This document shows positions 9,986 to 19,756 of a stretch of DNA of 32,567 nt, in pieces. The DNA comes from Octopus bimaculoides. Its lineage: Eukaryota. The position numbers and the translations under genes were made by a program. The DNA is taken from positions 17,200,691 through 17,233,257 of the forward strand of contig NC_069000.1 in the NCBI RefSeq assembly GCF_001194135.2, read 5' to 3'. Positions within the stretch are counted from its first letter, which is position 1. Each line of letters begins with the position of its first letter. Under the pieces are notes generated by a model. It was not told the origin of the DNA. It saw only the letters and a list, made by a program, of their open reading frames with translations, and searched no databases.

Positions 9986-10995
9986 TTAAGAAGGAAAAAT
10001 AATAAGTGAAAAAAATTTCATTCACTTTGGCGAAAGCTATATTTTCCATCGGGGTTTACTGCAATGTCTGCATCTAGATTACATAAAGTCTAAAGGTTAC
10101 TTTTGTCCGTTGTAAAATGTTAGGTAAATTGTTTGATAAGATCTAAAGGTAACTGAATCTTACATACAAGTAAGGTGATAATGAGAGCTTAGCCTAAAGT
10201 ATCAACTTAAAGAATCGTGATATAATGTGTACTTTTCTGGATGAATGAGTCGGTTTAGATTCAGTTCTGTGTGTGTGTGTGCGTGCGCGCGTGTGTGTGT
10301 GAGTGAGTGTTTGTTCGAGTGTAGATATACATGTTTGCCTAGGAATAAGCATGTGAACCTGTATACATGTACATATATGTATCTCTCTTTCTCTCTCTCA
10401 CCCTTTCCATATATATTTTATATGTATGCAAAATATGGGCGTTTAGATCACAGGTGATCTAAACGACCAGATACGCTAGGTAAGTGCTGTAACGGATAAA
10501 AGGAGGCACGAATGTTATAGCCGAGACGGTAGTTGTGGAGCCATTGTAGATTTTCGATATAGCGGATATGTAACTGTTAAAGAGACGCTTTTTGTCCTCT
10601 TTAACGATTATATATATACATATATATGTGTGCATGTGTATATCTCTGTGTGTGCACGCGTATACATATACAAAACGTGTGTGTGTGTGTGTTGAAGTAT
10701 ACAATAGAGGAACTGGTGTCCCTAAAATAGTTGAAACGTTTCCGTGACCTGAACTGACCAATCGAGATCTAAATGATTTTAATTTTCTTTTAAATTCTTT
10801 TAAAATCTGATGATATGGATATATTCCGCACCCACGAAACTTTAAGTAATGCAAAGCTGCATCACCATGATACATACAACCCTTACTAAATAACTAAATG
10901 AAATGAATGCTACTTTCTTTCCTTTGTTCATCCGTTTATGTGTGTGCGTGCATGTGTATGTATGTGTGTACGTACGTATGTATGTATGTACGGTT

Positions 10996-11055
<60 letters not shown>

Positions 11056-11078
11056 TATAGATAGATAGATAGATAGAT
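10996..11078. repeat. (GATA)n microsatellite
   Basis: Directly visible; abuts the left mariner TIR. Confidence 0.95.
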
Positions 11079-11079
11079 G

Positions 11080-12342
11080 TCAGGCCATCCCATAAGTTCT
11101 GTCCAATTTTACCTTTTTTAAAATTGAATGAAATTTAATAGTATTTTAGAATGTCTAATGAAATTTAAAATTATTTTTATGCATTTCTTTACATTTAAAC
11201 TAATTAAATATTATTTTACAGAATAGTAAGAATTAAAATTTCTTTGATTAAAATCCTTTCTAACATGGAAGTATCCAAAGAGCATTTGAGGCACATAATG
11301 CTTTATGAGTACAAAAAAAGGAAACTCTGCAGCCGAAGCGACTCGAAACATACACTCAGTTTATGGGAAAGAATGCTTGAATGAAAGAACTTGCAGGAGA
11401 TGGTTTGCAAAATTCAGAAGTGGAGATATCAGCCTTGAAGATGAAGATCGAACAGGACGTTGAGTTGAGTTTGATGATAAGCTCCTTGAGGCATTATCAG
11501 TTGAAGAATTGGCAATAAAACTCAGTTCAAACCATACAACTGTTCATCGTCATCTTCAATAACTTGGAAAGGTTCCTAAACTTGGAAAATGGGTGCCTCA
11601 TGAATTGTCCAAAAGCAACCGCAAATCCCCAGTTGACATCTGCTCTTCTCTCCATTCTCGCGAACTCATTTCACCCTTTTTGGATAGACTTGTGGCTGGT
11701 GACGAAAAATGGATCTTCTATTGAAATGTTAAATGGCGTAAACAGTGGTTTAGTGAAAGGGAAAAAACTCAACCACAACCGAGAAGGGAACTTCATTAGA
11801 AAAATGTTCTTCTCTCTATCTGATGGGATTGCGAAGGAGTAATTCTCTTTGAATTGTTACCACCTAATGTAACAATCAATGCTCAAGCCTACCGTCAGCA
11901 ATTAGAGCATTTGAACCAAGCTTTGAAGAAAAAAAGACCCACTTTAATGAATCGAAAATGAGTGATGTTTCATCAGGACAAAGCGCGGCCCCACACTGCA
12001 ATGATCACATCACAGAAGATCGAAGAACTTGGTTGAGAAAAAATTCCTCATTCACCTTATTCTCCCGACCTTGCTCCTTCAGACTACCATTTGTTTCGTA
12101 TTTTACAAAATCATTTGGAGGACATAACTTTCGCAAGCCAGGAGGAGGTCGAAACTGACATTTCAGAGTTGTTCGCTTTGAAACCAAAAGGGTTTTACAT
12201 TGATGGGATTAAAAAGCTTGTAAATAGATGGAAGTCAAAGATAATCAGGGAAAGTACATTGATGGTTAAATTTCAATGAAATAACATTTGATTACTTGTT
12301 TTCTTTATTCAAAATTTGGACAGAACTTATGGGATGACCTGA
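11080..12342 (+). mobile_element. Mariner (DD34D) transposon, near full length, transposase pseudogene
   Basis: ~31-bp TIRs TCAGG(C/T)CATCCCATAAGTTCTGTCCAA at 11080-11110 and 12311-12342. MEVSKEHLRHIMLYEY start at ~11265; KWVPHEL, AGDEKW, HQDKARPH and YSPDLAPSDYHLF motifs with D-34-D spacing; several stops and frameshifts. Confidence 0.95.
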
Positions 12343-12345
12343 GAA

Positions 12346-12436
12346 ACAGACAGACATACAGACAGACAGACAGACATACATACAGACAGACAGACAGATA
12401 GATGAATGGATGGATGGATGGATGGATGGATGGATG
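12346..12436. repeat. (GACA)n/(GATG)n microsatellite
   Basis: Directly visible; abuts the right mariner TIR. Confidence 0.9.
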
Positions 12437-13926
12437 GTTAAAATTCTACAATATAATGTTATTGAACTATTAATAGTGTCATTGGCACAGTTCCATATCT
12501 ATGTCAAAATCAGAACGTCCACTGATCACTTATGCATGTATGTGTGTGCGCGCGCGTGTAAGTATGTATGTATATATGTATGTATGCATATGTATATGTA
12601 TATGTATATGTATGTGTCTGCATGTGTGTGTGTTGTGTGTGTGTGTGCGCGCATGTATGTGCTGAAGAGTAATCATGATGGTGGGGATTTTGTACAAAAA
12701 CGGACGCGTTGATGTTAGTTCCATTCTAACGAAACTTATCTGAACTCGCATATATGACAAAGCAATATATCCGCTATGTAAAGCAAATAATTCAGTAGCA
12801 ACGGTTTCGGTTTACATGAACGAAGACAAGAGGATGCAATATAAGCACTACGCATGACATTCGAAACGGTATTATTTGTGGAGAGCAATACAAAAGGGGA
12901 AAAAAAAGATAGAAAAGTAGAAACCATTTGAAATTTTAAACTGTACGTTTTGGTTTGATTTGGTTGTGAAAGACGTCTCTTTGTTTTGATTCATGTTGAT
13001 CTACGTTATTTTTTGTTTCTTAGAGATACAGTTTTATTATTGGTTCTTTAAGACTACTTTCATCGGAGTAAACTTTAGGAGGTTGTTCGATAGTGATAAG
13101 ATCTTTTAATTATTCAACTTTTAGACCAATGGAATTGGAATACGGTAATAATAGCTATATTCAGCTTTTTCATACACCTGTCTCGCTTATTCTGTCTGAA
13201 AAATTACCTTAATCAAAGTGCCTCTGAAATAATAAGCTTTAATTTAATTTGGCAATTTAATTTGATCTAATTCAATCTAATCTTATTTAATTTGGCAATT
13301 CAGATGACCAAACAACTATCTATATTGAAGCCAATGGAATTCCATTTGCTCGTCGATTTCTAACACTGATCACAAACATACAAATTTGAAGCGAAATTTG
13401 AATTGTTGATAGAACGAGAGCGCATATAGTAGAATTCCACCACAGGGCCCAGTCCTAGTTGCAGTGTGGTGGCTTGTGTGTTTCAATGACTCTGAAGGAT
13501 ATGCCAGCGGAACGCAAGCTCTTGTTGGTTCCTCTCATGCTAGACAAGTCAAAGAAAAGAGACCAAACCAATATAGACCGCTTCTTCTCAGAGATAAAAA
13601 AAATGGGGTTTGCGTAGGATAGGCTCAACGCCCCCAACGTAGAAAAAATGTTACGGAAGCATCACTGACGATTCAAAATCAACAAGACCTAAAAGAGTAC
13701 AGACTAAAGTTGAAAACAGTAGAGAAAAGTCGTCGATGGACTAAGATACATAGGGAGTGAAGGGCTTAAGTACAATAAAATTGATTGCTAAAACATTTAT
13801 AAAGATCTCTCCTTTGCTCTAAAGATATCCATTTCTGTGTCACATCGACTAATACGCGACGAATAAGTAGACCGTGTAAAGTTTGAGATTTGAGAAAATG
13901 TAAACGTAAATGCTCAGAAGACTTAC

Positions 13927-13990
13927 CTGCTACATTTTCTGTCTTTATATCAGTAAATAAAATGGTTTCTTTGGCACCTGTATGGAAGGC
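13927..13990 (-). CDS. Ctr1: CTR/SLC31 copper transporter-like gene, coding exon 2 (AFHTGAKETILFTDIKTENVA, phase 0->1)
   Basis: CCCCTCTTTATTGCAG acceptor and GTAAGT donor; only one open frame. It joins exon 1 to give MKMAFHTGAKETILF, matching the CTR family M-x-M-x-F-(H/Y)-x-G...(E)-x-(I/L)-L-F pre-TM1 segment. The symbol is a family-level call, not proven orthology. Confidence 0.85.
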
Positions 13991-14289
13991 CTGCAATAAA
14001 GAGGGGTTAGTAGTGTTTAGTTAAACAAATTGTCGTTTATTGATTCACTAATTTCAACACAAGTTCCTCACATTTCTAAGCTAGCAGATAAGGAAAATAT
14101 ACCTTTCTGGAAAACGGAAAGTGATTAAGCAAATTTGGGTGTGTTTTGACTGGGTTTTGAAACCGTTTATGAACTCAACCAAACTGCTGCAGCCACAGTT
14201 AAATCTTTTTCTACAGCACTCATCACTTGAAAACACAAGGGTATGTCTTATAAAACATGAATGTCACTGGAGTGAACCATTATACTCAC

Positions 14290-14439
14290 CATTTTCATAC
14301 CGTCCATATTCATATCACCGTCCATATTCATACCACCGTCCATATTCATACCACCAGCCATATCCATGCCAGACATATTTTTCATGTTTTTCGTCATACC
14401 GCTCATATTGGAACTTGGCGTCGCAGTTCCCATATTCAT
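14290..14439 (-). CDS. Ctr1: CTR/SLC31 copper transporter-like gene, coding exon 1 (50-aa Met-rich ectodomain)
   Basis: CTCACC-ATG start preceded by in-frame stops and a TTGCAG acceptor at 14478-14477 (exon begins at 14476). Encodes MNMGTATPSSNMSGMTKNMKNMSGMDMAGGMNMDGGMNMDGDMNMDGMKM (16 Met, MxM/MxxM motifs, two NMS sequons), followed by a GTGAGT donor in phase 0. Confidence 0.85.
14299..14370. repeat. Coding 18-bp tandem repeat (3 units + 1 diverged) encoding G(G/D)MNMD
   Basis: ACCGTCCATATTCATA(T/C)C at 14299, 14317 and 14335; diverged unit at 14353. Confidence 0.9.
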
Positions 14440-14539
14440 GGTGAGTCCGCCTTTTTATTCTAATCAACTGTCAAAACTGCAACAAAAATAAAGTATTATT
14501 ATTATTATGAGGAAGGCGGCCAGCCAGCAGAATCGTTAG

Positions 14540-14866
14540 CACATCTATTAGTCTACAAGCATTTTCCTCCTTATCTTTAATAATTATGTCTGGTCGATTA
14601 GCATGGATCGTTCTGTCAATGTTGACTGGAATATCCCAGAAGATAGTGACATTTTTACTTTCAACGACTGGCTCAGGATGATGTTCATACCAGCAAGCAG
14701 GAGTGTTGATCTTGTATTGTTTACATATTTTCCAATCTAAATACTGCCCTATCCTATCGTGGCGATTTTTTTTATTCGTTTGATGTCAGCACAGGACTTC
14801 CCGAGACGAGAAGGTCTATTGTTGCGTCAAATGTGTTGCAGAATCTGCATTTAGGGTCAGAACCGT
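14540..14866 (-). mobile_element. R4/Dong-like non-LTR retrotransposon fragment (zinc knuckle + start of RLE endonuclease)
   Basis: Translates to DPKCRFCNTFDATIDLLVSG...RHDRIGQYLDW...WYEHHPEPV...TIFWDIPVNIDRTIHANRPDIIIKD...LIDV with a stop/frameshift. Confidence 0.8.
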
Positions 14867-14954
14867 TTTGAAGAACGGTAGCCTGGTAGTTTTTTTTGTA
14901 TTTTTTTTTTGTAAACAGGCTTTGATCTTGTGCCGCCAATATGAAACCTTCAGT

Positions 14955-14975
14955 TTCTTCTTCTTCTTCTTCTTC

Positions 14976-15025
<50 letters not shown>
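14955..15025. repeat. (TTC)n followed by (TTA)n microsatellite
   Basis: Directly visible. Confidence 0.95.
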
Positions 15026-15026
<1 letters not shown>

Positions 15027-15044
15027 GGTAGTTTTATTTTTATA

Positions 15045-15128
15045 NNNNNNNNNNNNNNNNNNNNNNNNNNNNNNNNNNNNNNNNNNNNNNNNNNNNNNNN
15101 NNNNNNNNNNNNNNNNNNNNNNNNNNNN
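15045..15128. other. Assembly gap (84 N)
   Basis: Run of n characters. Confidence 1.
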
Positions 15129-15129
15129 G

Positions 15130-15547
15130 TATGTGCTGTGGTTTGCTGTGGTGCTCTTATTTTTACTGTACTGAAAGTGTTTTACGTAGGATGTGTGCGG
15201 TGCCTAGTAGTGCAATTTTCTGCATGTTATATATACTTGTAAGTCCTGGTGTTTTTGTTATGTATTTGTCTGAATATTTTTTTATTAATACCTAAGGCAC
15301 CTACTATGATAGGAATTGTTTCTGTTTTTAGATTCCACATTCGAGTTACCTCTATTTCCAGGTCTTTGTATTTTGAAAGTTTCTCCATTTCTTTTAGGGA
15401 AACGTTGTCATCTGCTGGTATTGATACATCAATTAGAAAGCATTTTTTTCCTTCATGATCTTTGACAACTATATCTGGTCTATTGGCCTTAATTTCTCTA
15501 TCTGTGTGTATTGGTATATTCCAGAGTATGGCTACTTTCTCGTTTTC
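15130..15547 (-). mobile_element. 5'-truncated R4/Dong-like retrotransposon 3' end (RLE domain)
   Basis: ILWNIPIHTDREIKANRPDIVVKD...LIDVSIPADDN...KEMEKLSKYKDLEIEVTRMW...IPIIVGALG is a PD..D..K restriction-like endonuclease; (TAA)n lies 3' of it beyond the gap. Confidence 0.88.
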
Positions 15548-15598
15548 TGTGACCTTTTGTGACATATACGCGCGCGCGCGCACATACACATACACACA

Positions 15599-15648
<50 letters not shown>

Positions 15649-15678
15649 AAACAAAACAGGAAAGTTGAAATTTTTTTT

Positions 15679-15912
15679 GTATTATTTATTCTACTTTACA
15701 CGTGTTTCATTTGCCGTTAGGAATTACAAAATTTACATGTCAGATAGACATGTAGGGAATTCCCTACTAGAAATCTCGCAGAAAGAAAAAAATTATAATT
15801 TTTCTCTGTCTGGGGAGTTCCTTGTAGGAAATTCTTTGCCTACCTATCCGACAAGTAAATGTTGTAATTCCTATTAGCTAATGAAACATGTGTAATGGAA
15901 AATAAATAATAC
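15679..15912. repeat. 234-bp spacerless imperfect palindrome
   Basis: The 117-bp arms align without gaps around AATTATAATT (15791-15800); I counted 26 mismatches (~78% identity). Confidence 0.92.
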
Positions 15913-16672
15913 TAAAATGTTTCCACTTTATTGTTTTATACAATCAGTTTGCAGATGATATTTTCTTAATTCTCAAATTTAGTATGCGTTTTGACTAACA
16001 TACAGCAGCATCTGTGACCATGTATTGGTCTGTAATACTGGAATAAACAGATAAGTTTCAAGAGGAACCAACTGAGTTTTACCCTAACTACCGACATAAT
16101 ATATATGTGAGCGTGCGCATGCGCCCGCGCGTGTGTGTGTGTAAACACACATACATATATGTAAACATATATCCGTGTGTATGTGTGTGCACATACATGC
16201 ATTCATACAGACATAGAGTCGAACAGACAAGCAGGCAATCAGACAGACAGACAAATAGACAGACAGACAGGCAGACAGATGCACATACACAGTGCTAATG
16301 ACAGTCTTTCATACATACAATTTATTAGTAGCCCGTCACTAATTAAAACAAAACTACCGAATTGCAAAATTTACAATTCTATTTATTATACGCAGTAGTT
16401 CATTTGTGAACGTATTCACCATGCATGACTGTAATTTATTTAATAGAAATGTCACTAAAAATGGCTTTACAGTTCAGTGGATTTTGTATATATTTTGATA
16501 ATTATATTAATACAAAATATATGACATATGAATAGAATCAGTGGGTTGTGCTCTTTTATGAATGTATTATTGAGTATAATAAATACCGTAATAAAATAGT
16601 GAACTAGCACATGGGCAGTGGCTTTATGAACAAGAGAAATAACGTTCTGTCTCATCGAAATATAATTATACT

Positions 16673-16715
16673 AGGGGGTGCTGAAAAGTTCCTGGCTTTG
16701 GGTGAAAGAAAGGTA
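16673..16715 (+). mobile_element. Isolated mariner-like terminal fragment
   Basis: AGGGGGTGCTGAAAAGTTCCTGGCTTT resembles mariner TIR starts; no partner end found. Confidence 0.35.
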
Positions 16716-17099
16716 AATTTTCAGAGCAACACCCACACGATTTTCATATTCATGGTACACAGTGGTAAAGGCGCTGTACAAGAAGTTGTGGCCGAATAGC
16801 AGAGCCTGGAGAGATTACTGGAGATACTGTCGCCCGAGAGGTTGAGGCTACGATGCTGCGACCGGTTACTTGGTACAGAGGGTCTCGCTGTTATACGTGG
16901 TGAAGCAATTCACACAAACAGTGTTGAGAGAACCTGTGCGGGTGCTGTTGGTGGTGTGTACGTTGAGTAGACGCTGGCGACGTCGAAGATGGAGTTTGCA
17001 GCAAGGTGTTGAATCTCCATGAAGCTGTGTCGAGTCGTCGCTGGAACTGGCTGGTGCTCTGTAGTCAGCGGCTAGACCTCAGAAGGTCTAAAGTCGCGA

Positions 17100-17270
17100 C
17101 AAACTTAGCGCATACGAAGCTAGCTATTTAAGAGAAAAAATCCGCTCAAACAGGGGTTCAGAAAACTTGTTCCACGTGACCTTATCAGAAGGCTATGATT
17201 GATTGGTTTGCACCCTGGCGCGAAATAGAACAAGATACAAAAATGCGCCAATACCAACCAATCAGAGTGG
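17100..17270 (-). promoter_or_regulatory. Promoter-like motif cluster (host promoter or retroelement terminal repeat)
   Basis: CCAAT at 17202-17206 (minus), 17248 and 17258; CACGTGAC at 17173; TGCACCC at 17209; TATA-like TTAAATAG at 17124-17131 (minus); all beside a CpG-richer tract (16780-17120). Confidence 0.35.
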
Positions 17271-17552
17271 TGGACACAACAGGGTCCTAAGATGCGGCCG
17301 AAAGCTAGATGTTATCTGCTACCACCGCATTCACATATATATAACTGAGAGAGAAGCTTCGCTGCACATTCATAAAATAACATAATTCACTGATTCTATT
17401 CATATATGTTATTTATTTTGTATTAATATAATTATCAAAATTTATGACATTTTTATTAGACAAATTACAGTTACGCGTAATGAATATTCGAAAAGGAAAA
17501 GAAAACTACATACATTAGAATTTTAAAATGTATTATTATTTTTGCATTTTTG

Positions 17553-17790
17553 TTACTTGTCACTTTTACTTGTTTCAGTCATTTGGCTTGCACCCATACT
17601 GGAGCACTGCCTTAAAGGGTTTTAGTCGAACAAATCGACCCCAGGACTTATTCTTTGTAAATCTAGTACTTATTCTATCGGTGTCTTTTGCCGAACCGCT
17701 AGATTTTCAGGGACGTAAACACACCAACATCAGTTGTCAAACGACGGTGGAGAGGACAGGCATAGACACAAAGACACACACACACACATA
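17553..17790 (-). mobile_element. SINE (same family as 9790-9985)
   Basis: TTTTACTTGTTTCAGTCATT...TACTTATTCTATCGG...GGACGTAAACACACCAACATCAGTTGTCAA ending in (CA)n. Confidence 0.75.
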
Positions 17791-17806
17791 TGTGTACATA
17801 AATATA

Positions 17807-18450
17807 CAAGGTGCGTAAGGTATTTGAGGACACATGTTAATTTTACTATAGCAGTATATTTATCAACATAATATTTTCTATATTTCAGAATTATCAATGG
17901 CAGACCCAATGATCACACAAGAAATGAAGAGGCACGCAGTCATCGTGGCTATAAAGGCTGAACATAGCAATTTAGAAATAGCACGATTTTTAAAAGTCGC
18001 TAAATCCTTCGTCTACAAAATTCGCAAGGAGTTAAGAGGCTAAAGATGGAAATGTATCGCTAGTATCAAAACGTAAGAAACATTGTAGACGCAGTGATAC
18101 TATTAAAACACCAGAATTTATTCAACAAGTAAAGCAAATCATTGATGATAATCCCAGGAGATCCATGAGGTTGACTGCAAAAGAACACCATGTGTCAGAA
18201 GGAACAATCCGAAACGTTGTCCACGAAGACATCAGATACAAATCTTATGCGATGAGAAAAGGTTATTTCATATCAGAAACAGTGAAGTAAAATCGCTTAA
18301 TCAGATCTAAAAGACTCCTGAACAAACTTAAACACTTAGCAAAGAAAGATGTCATTTGATTCTTCTCAGACGAGAAAAACTTTGATCAAGATCAGAAAGT
18401 AAACTGAAGAAGTGATAGATGGTTATGTACAAACTCTTCGGAAGTTATTA
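17807..18450 (+). mobile_element. maT/DD37D-like Tc1-mariner transposon, 5' half, defective
   Basis: From the ATG at 17897: MKRHAVIVAIKAEHSNLEIARFLKVAKSFVYKIRKEL...HVSEGTIRNVVHEDIRYKSY...FFSDEKNFDQDQKVN. Truncated before the 2nd/3rd catalytic residues, so the subfamily call is tentative. Confidence 0.75.
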
Positions 18451-18559
18451 TTCTGTTGCATTATCAACAAGATTCTTGCGTATATATAAAATAACACTTG
18501 TGTCATATTTATGTTTCCGATACTGTCCTGCTTTTTCGTTTTGTTTGTGTGTGTGTGTG

Positions 18560-18925
18560 TGATATTATAGGAAAGTGGGTTATACATCATTAGATGTACA
18601 CCTGACTTTCCTATATTAAATTAGAAATATGAACGGAACGCAGAACTCCAGACTAACAACTCAACAATATTTATTCATGGTGGAAAATATACATCTTTAA
18701 TCTTGTTTGTTGAGGCGCCTTCTGTGTGTGAGAACATGGTTGTTGGGACGTTGGTATGTTGATGTGAGCTGTCTAGCGTAAGTTCGAAAGATGGAGAGAC
18801 AGCTAGACACGTCCTTGCTCAATCGCTGGCCAGCAAGAAAGAGATCGATCAAAGCGGGAAAGCTTGGTTGTTGAATTCCACGCATGCGTGAGACTACGCA
18901 TGCGCACGGCGTTACTACAATATCA
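18560..18925 (-). mobile_element. Possible solo LTR or MITE (366 bp, TG...CA)
   Basis: Ends TGATATTATAG / CTACAATATCA form a 10/11 inverted match; AATAAA on the minus strand near 18670; no TSD found. Confidence 0.35.
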
Positions 18926-19329
18926 AGATTGGAAAAATCCACCTTGTTCGTAAAAAGTTTTCGACCTGGGTTTGCACCCCCTAAGCAAATTTCGTTCTCG
19001 GGCCATACATACCCAGTAATTGTCCTTGGTATTCAAGTGCATAACTACCCTTGTTTGCAATATTTTAACAAGTACGGAAGACAACATAGATATACACATA
19101 CGTACACACAGTTGGTATTTTTTAAATCCTTATTCGACAATAATCATTAAAGCTAGCCAAATGACACACAAATTGGGAGGGGGAGTCGCAGTATTTATAA
19201 CATTAAACAATTATTTTGTTAAAACCTGAGTCAGCCTCTGATCGAGTACAGCGATCAACAAAGGCATTTTAACTGTGACCATCCTGTCATAATAACACAG
19301 TGAAGCTGTCAGGTAGTTTATTAAAACTG

Positions 19330-19712
19330 CTTAGTCTGATTGTCTGCAGCCGAGCTAATGAAGGGAGCTCATTGCAACCGATCCAATAAAGAGAGCACTA
19401 TGCAGCCACGCAGCCATGGGACCTGCTAGAAATGACTGTCGAATCAAGGAAAGAGTCTGCATGCAGTCACTCGACCTATTAGAAATATCAGCCGAGCCAG
19501 GACTATGTGCGGTTACTCGGCCTGCATTAAATAGTAACCAAATATCTCTCAAATCATATCTCACTGCATTAAAATGAGAAGGACACGTTGGGTAATGTAG
19601 TCTTGGAGGTACACTGCCTGAGAAAGAAGTTGTCATGTTCGCTGTTGAAATGCTTTTAATAATGTTTGCGCGTAAGTAGGACTCATGATCTGAGTCTAAA
19701 TAACAACAACCT
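19330..19712 (+). mobile_element. Interspersed repeat (SINE-like) with internally repeated GACCTGCTAGAAAT-like blocks and (AAC)n tail
   Basis: Blocks at ~19420, ~19474 and ~19520; related fragments at 19220-19290 and 31490-31610. Confidence 0.55.
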
Positions 19713-19756
19713 ATTCAGTTTTTGGTGTTGCTGTTACTGTTGTTAGGTGTTCCTGT

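Noticed and set aside
13455-13688. Strong acceptor at 13690 giving G-L-V, as expected for a TM1 exon
   Set aside because: The frame stops after 12 codons (GLVDFESSVMLP*), and no frame has a hydrophobic helix or YEGLK-like motif.
14121-14463. Plus-strand His/Tyr/Pro-rich ORFs (14121-14444, 14257-14463)
   Set aside because: Antisense shadows of the Met-rich Ctr repeat; splice signals and family motifs are on the minus strand.
16741-16752. 12-nt identity (CATATTCATGGT) with the Ctr start codon region, and a 15-nt identity at 7895-7909 with the exon 1 donor
   Set aside because: The first ORF is only MNMKIVWVLL*, and neither match extends, so there is no support for a duplicated Ctr exon.
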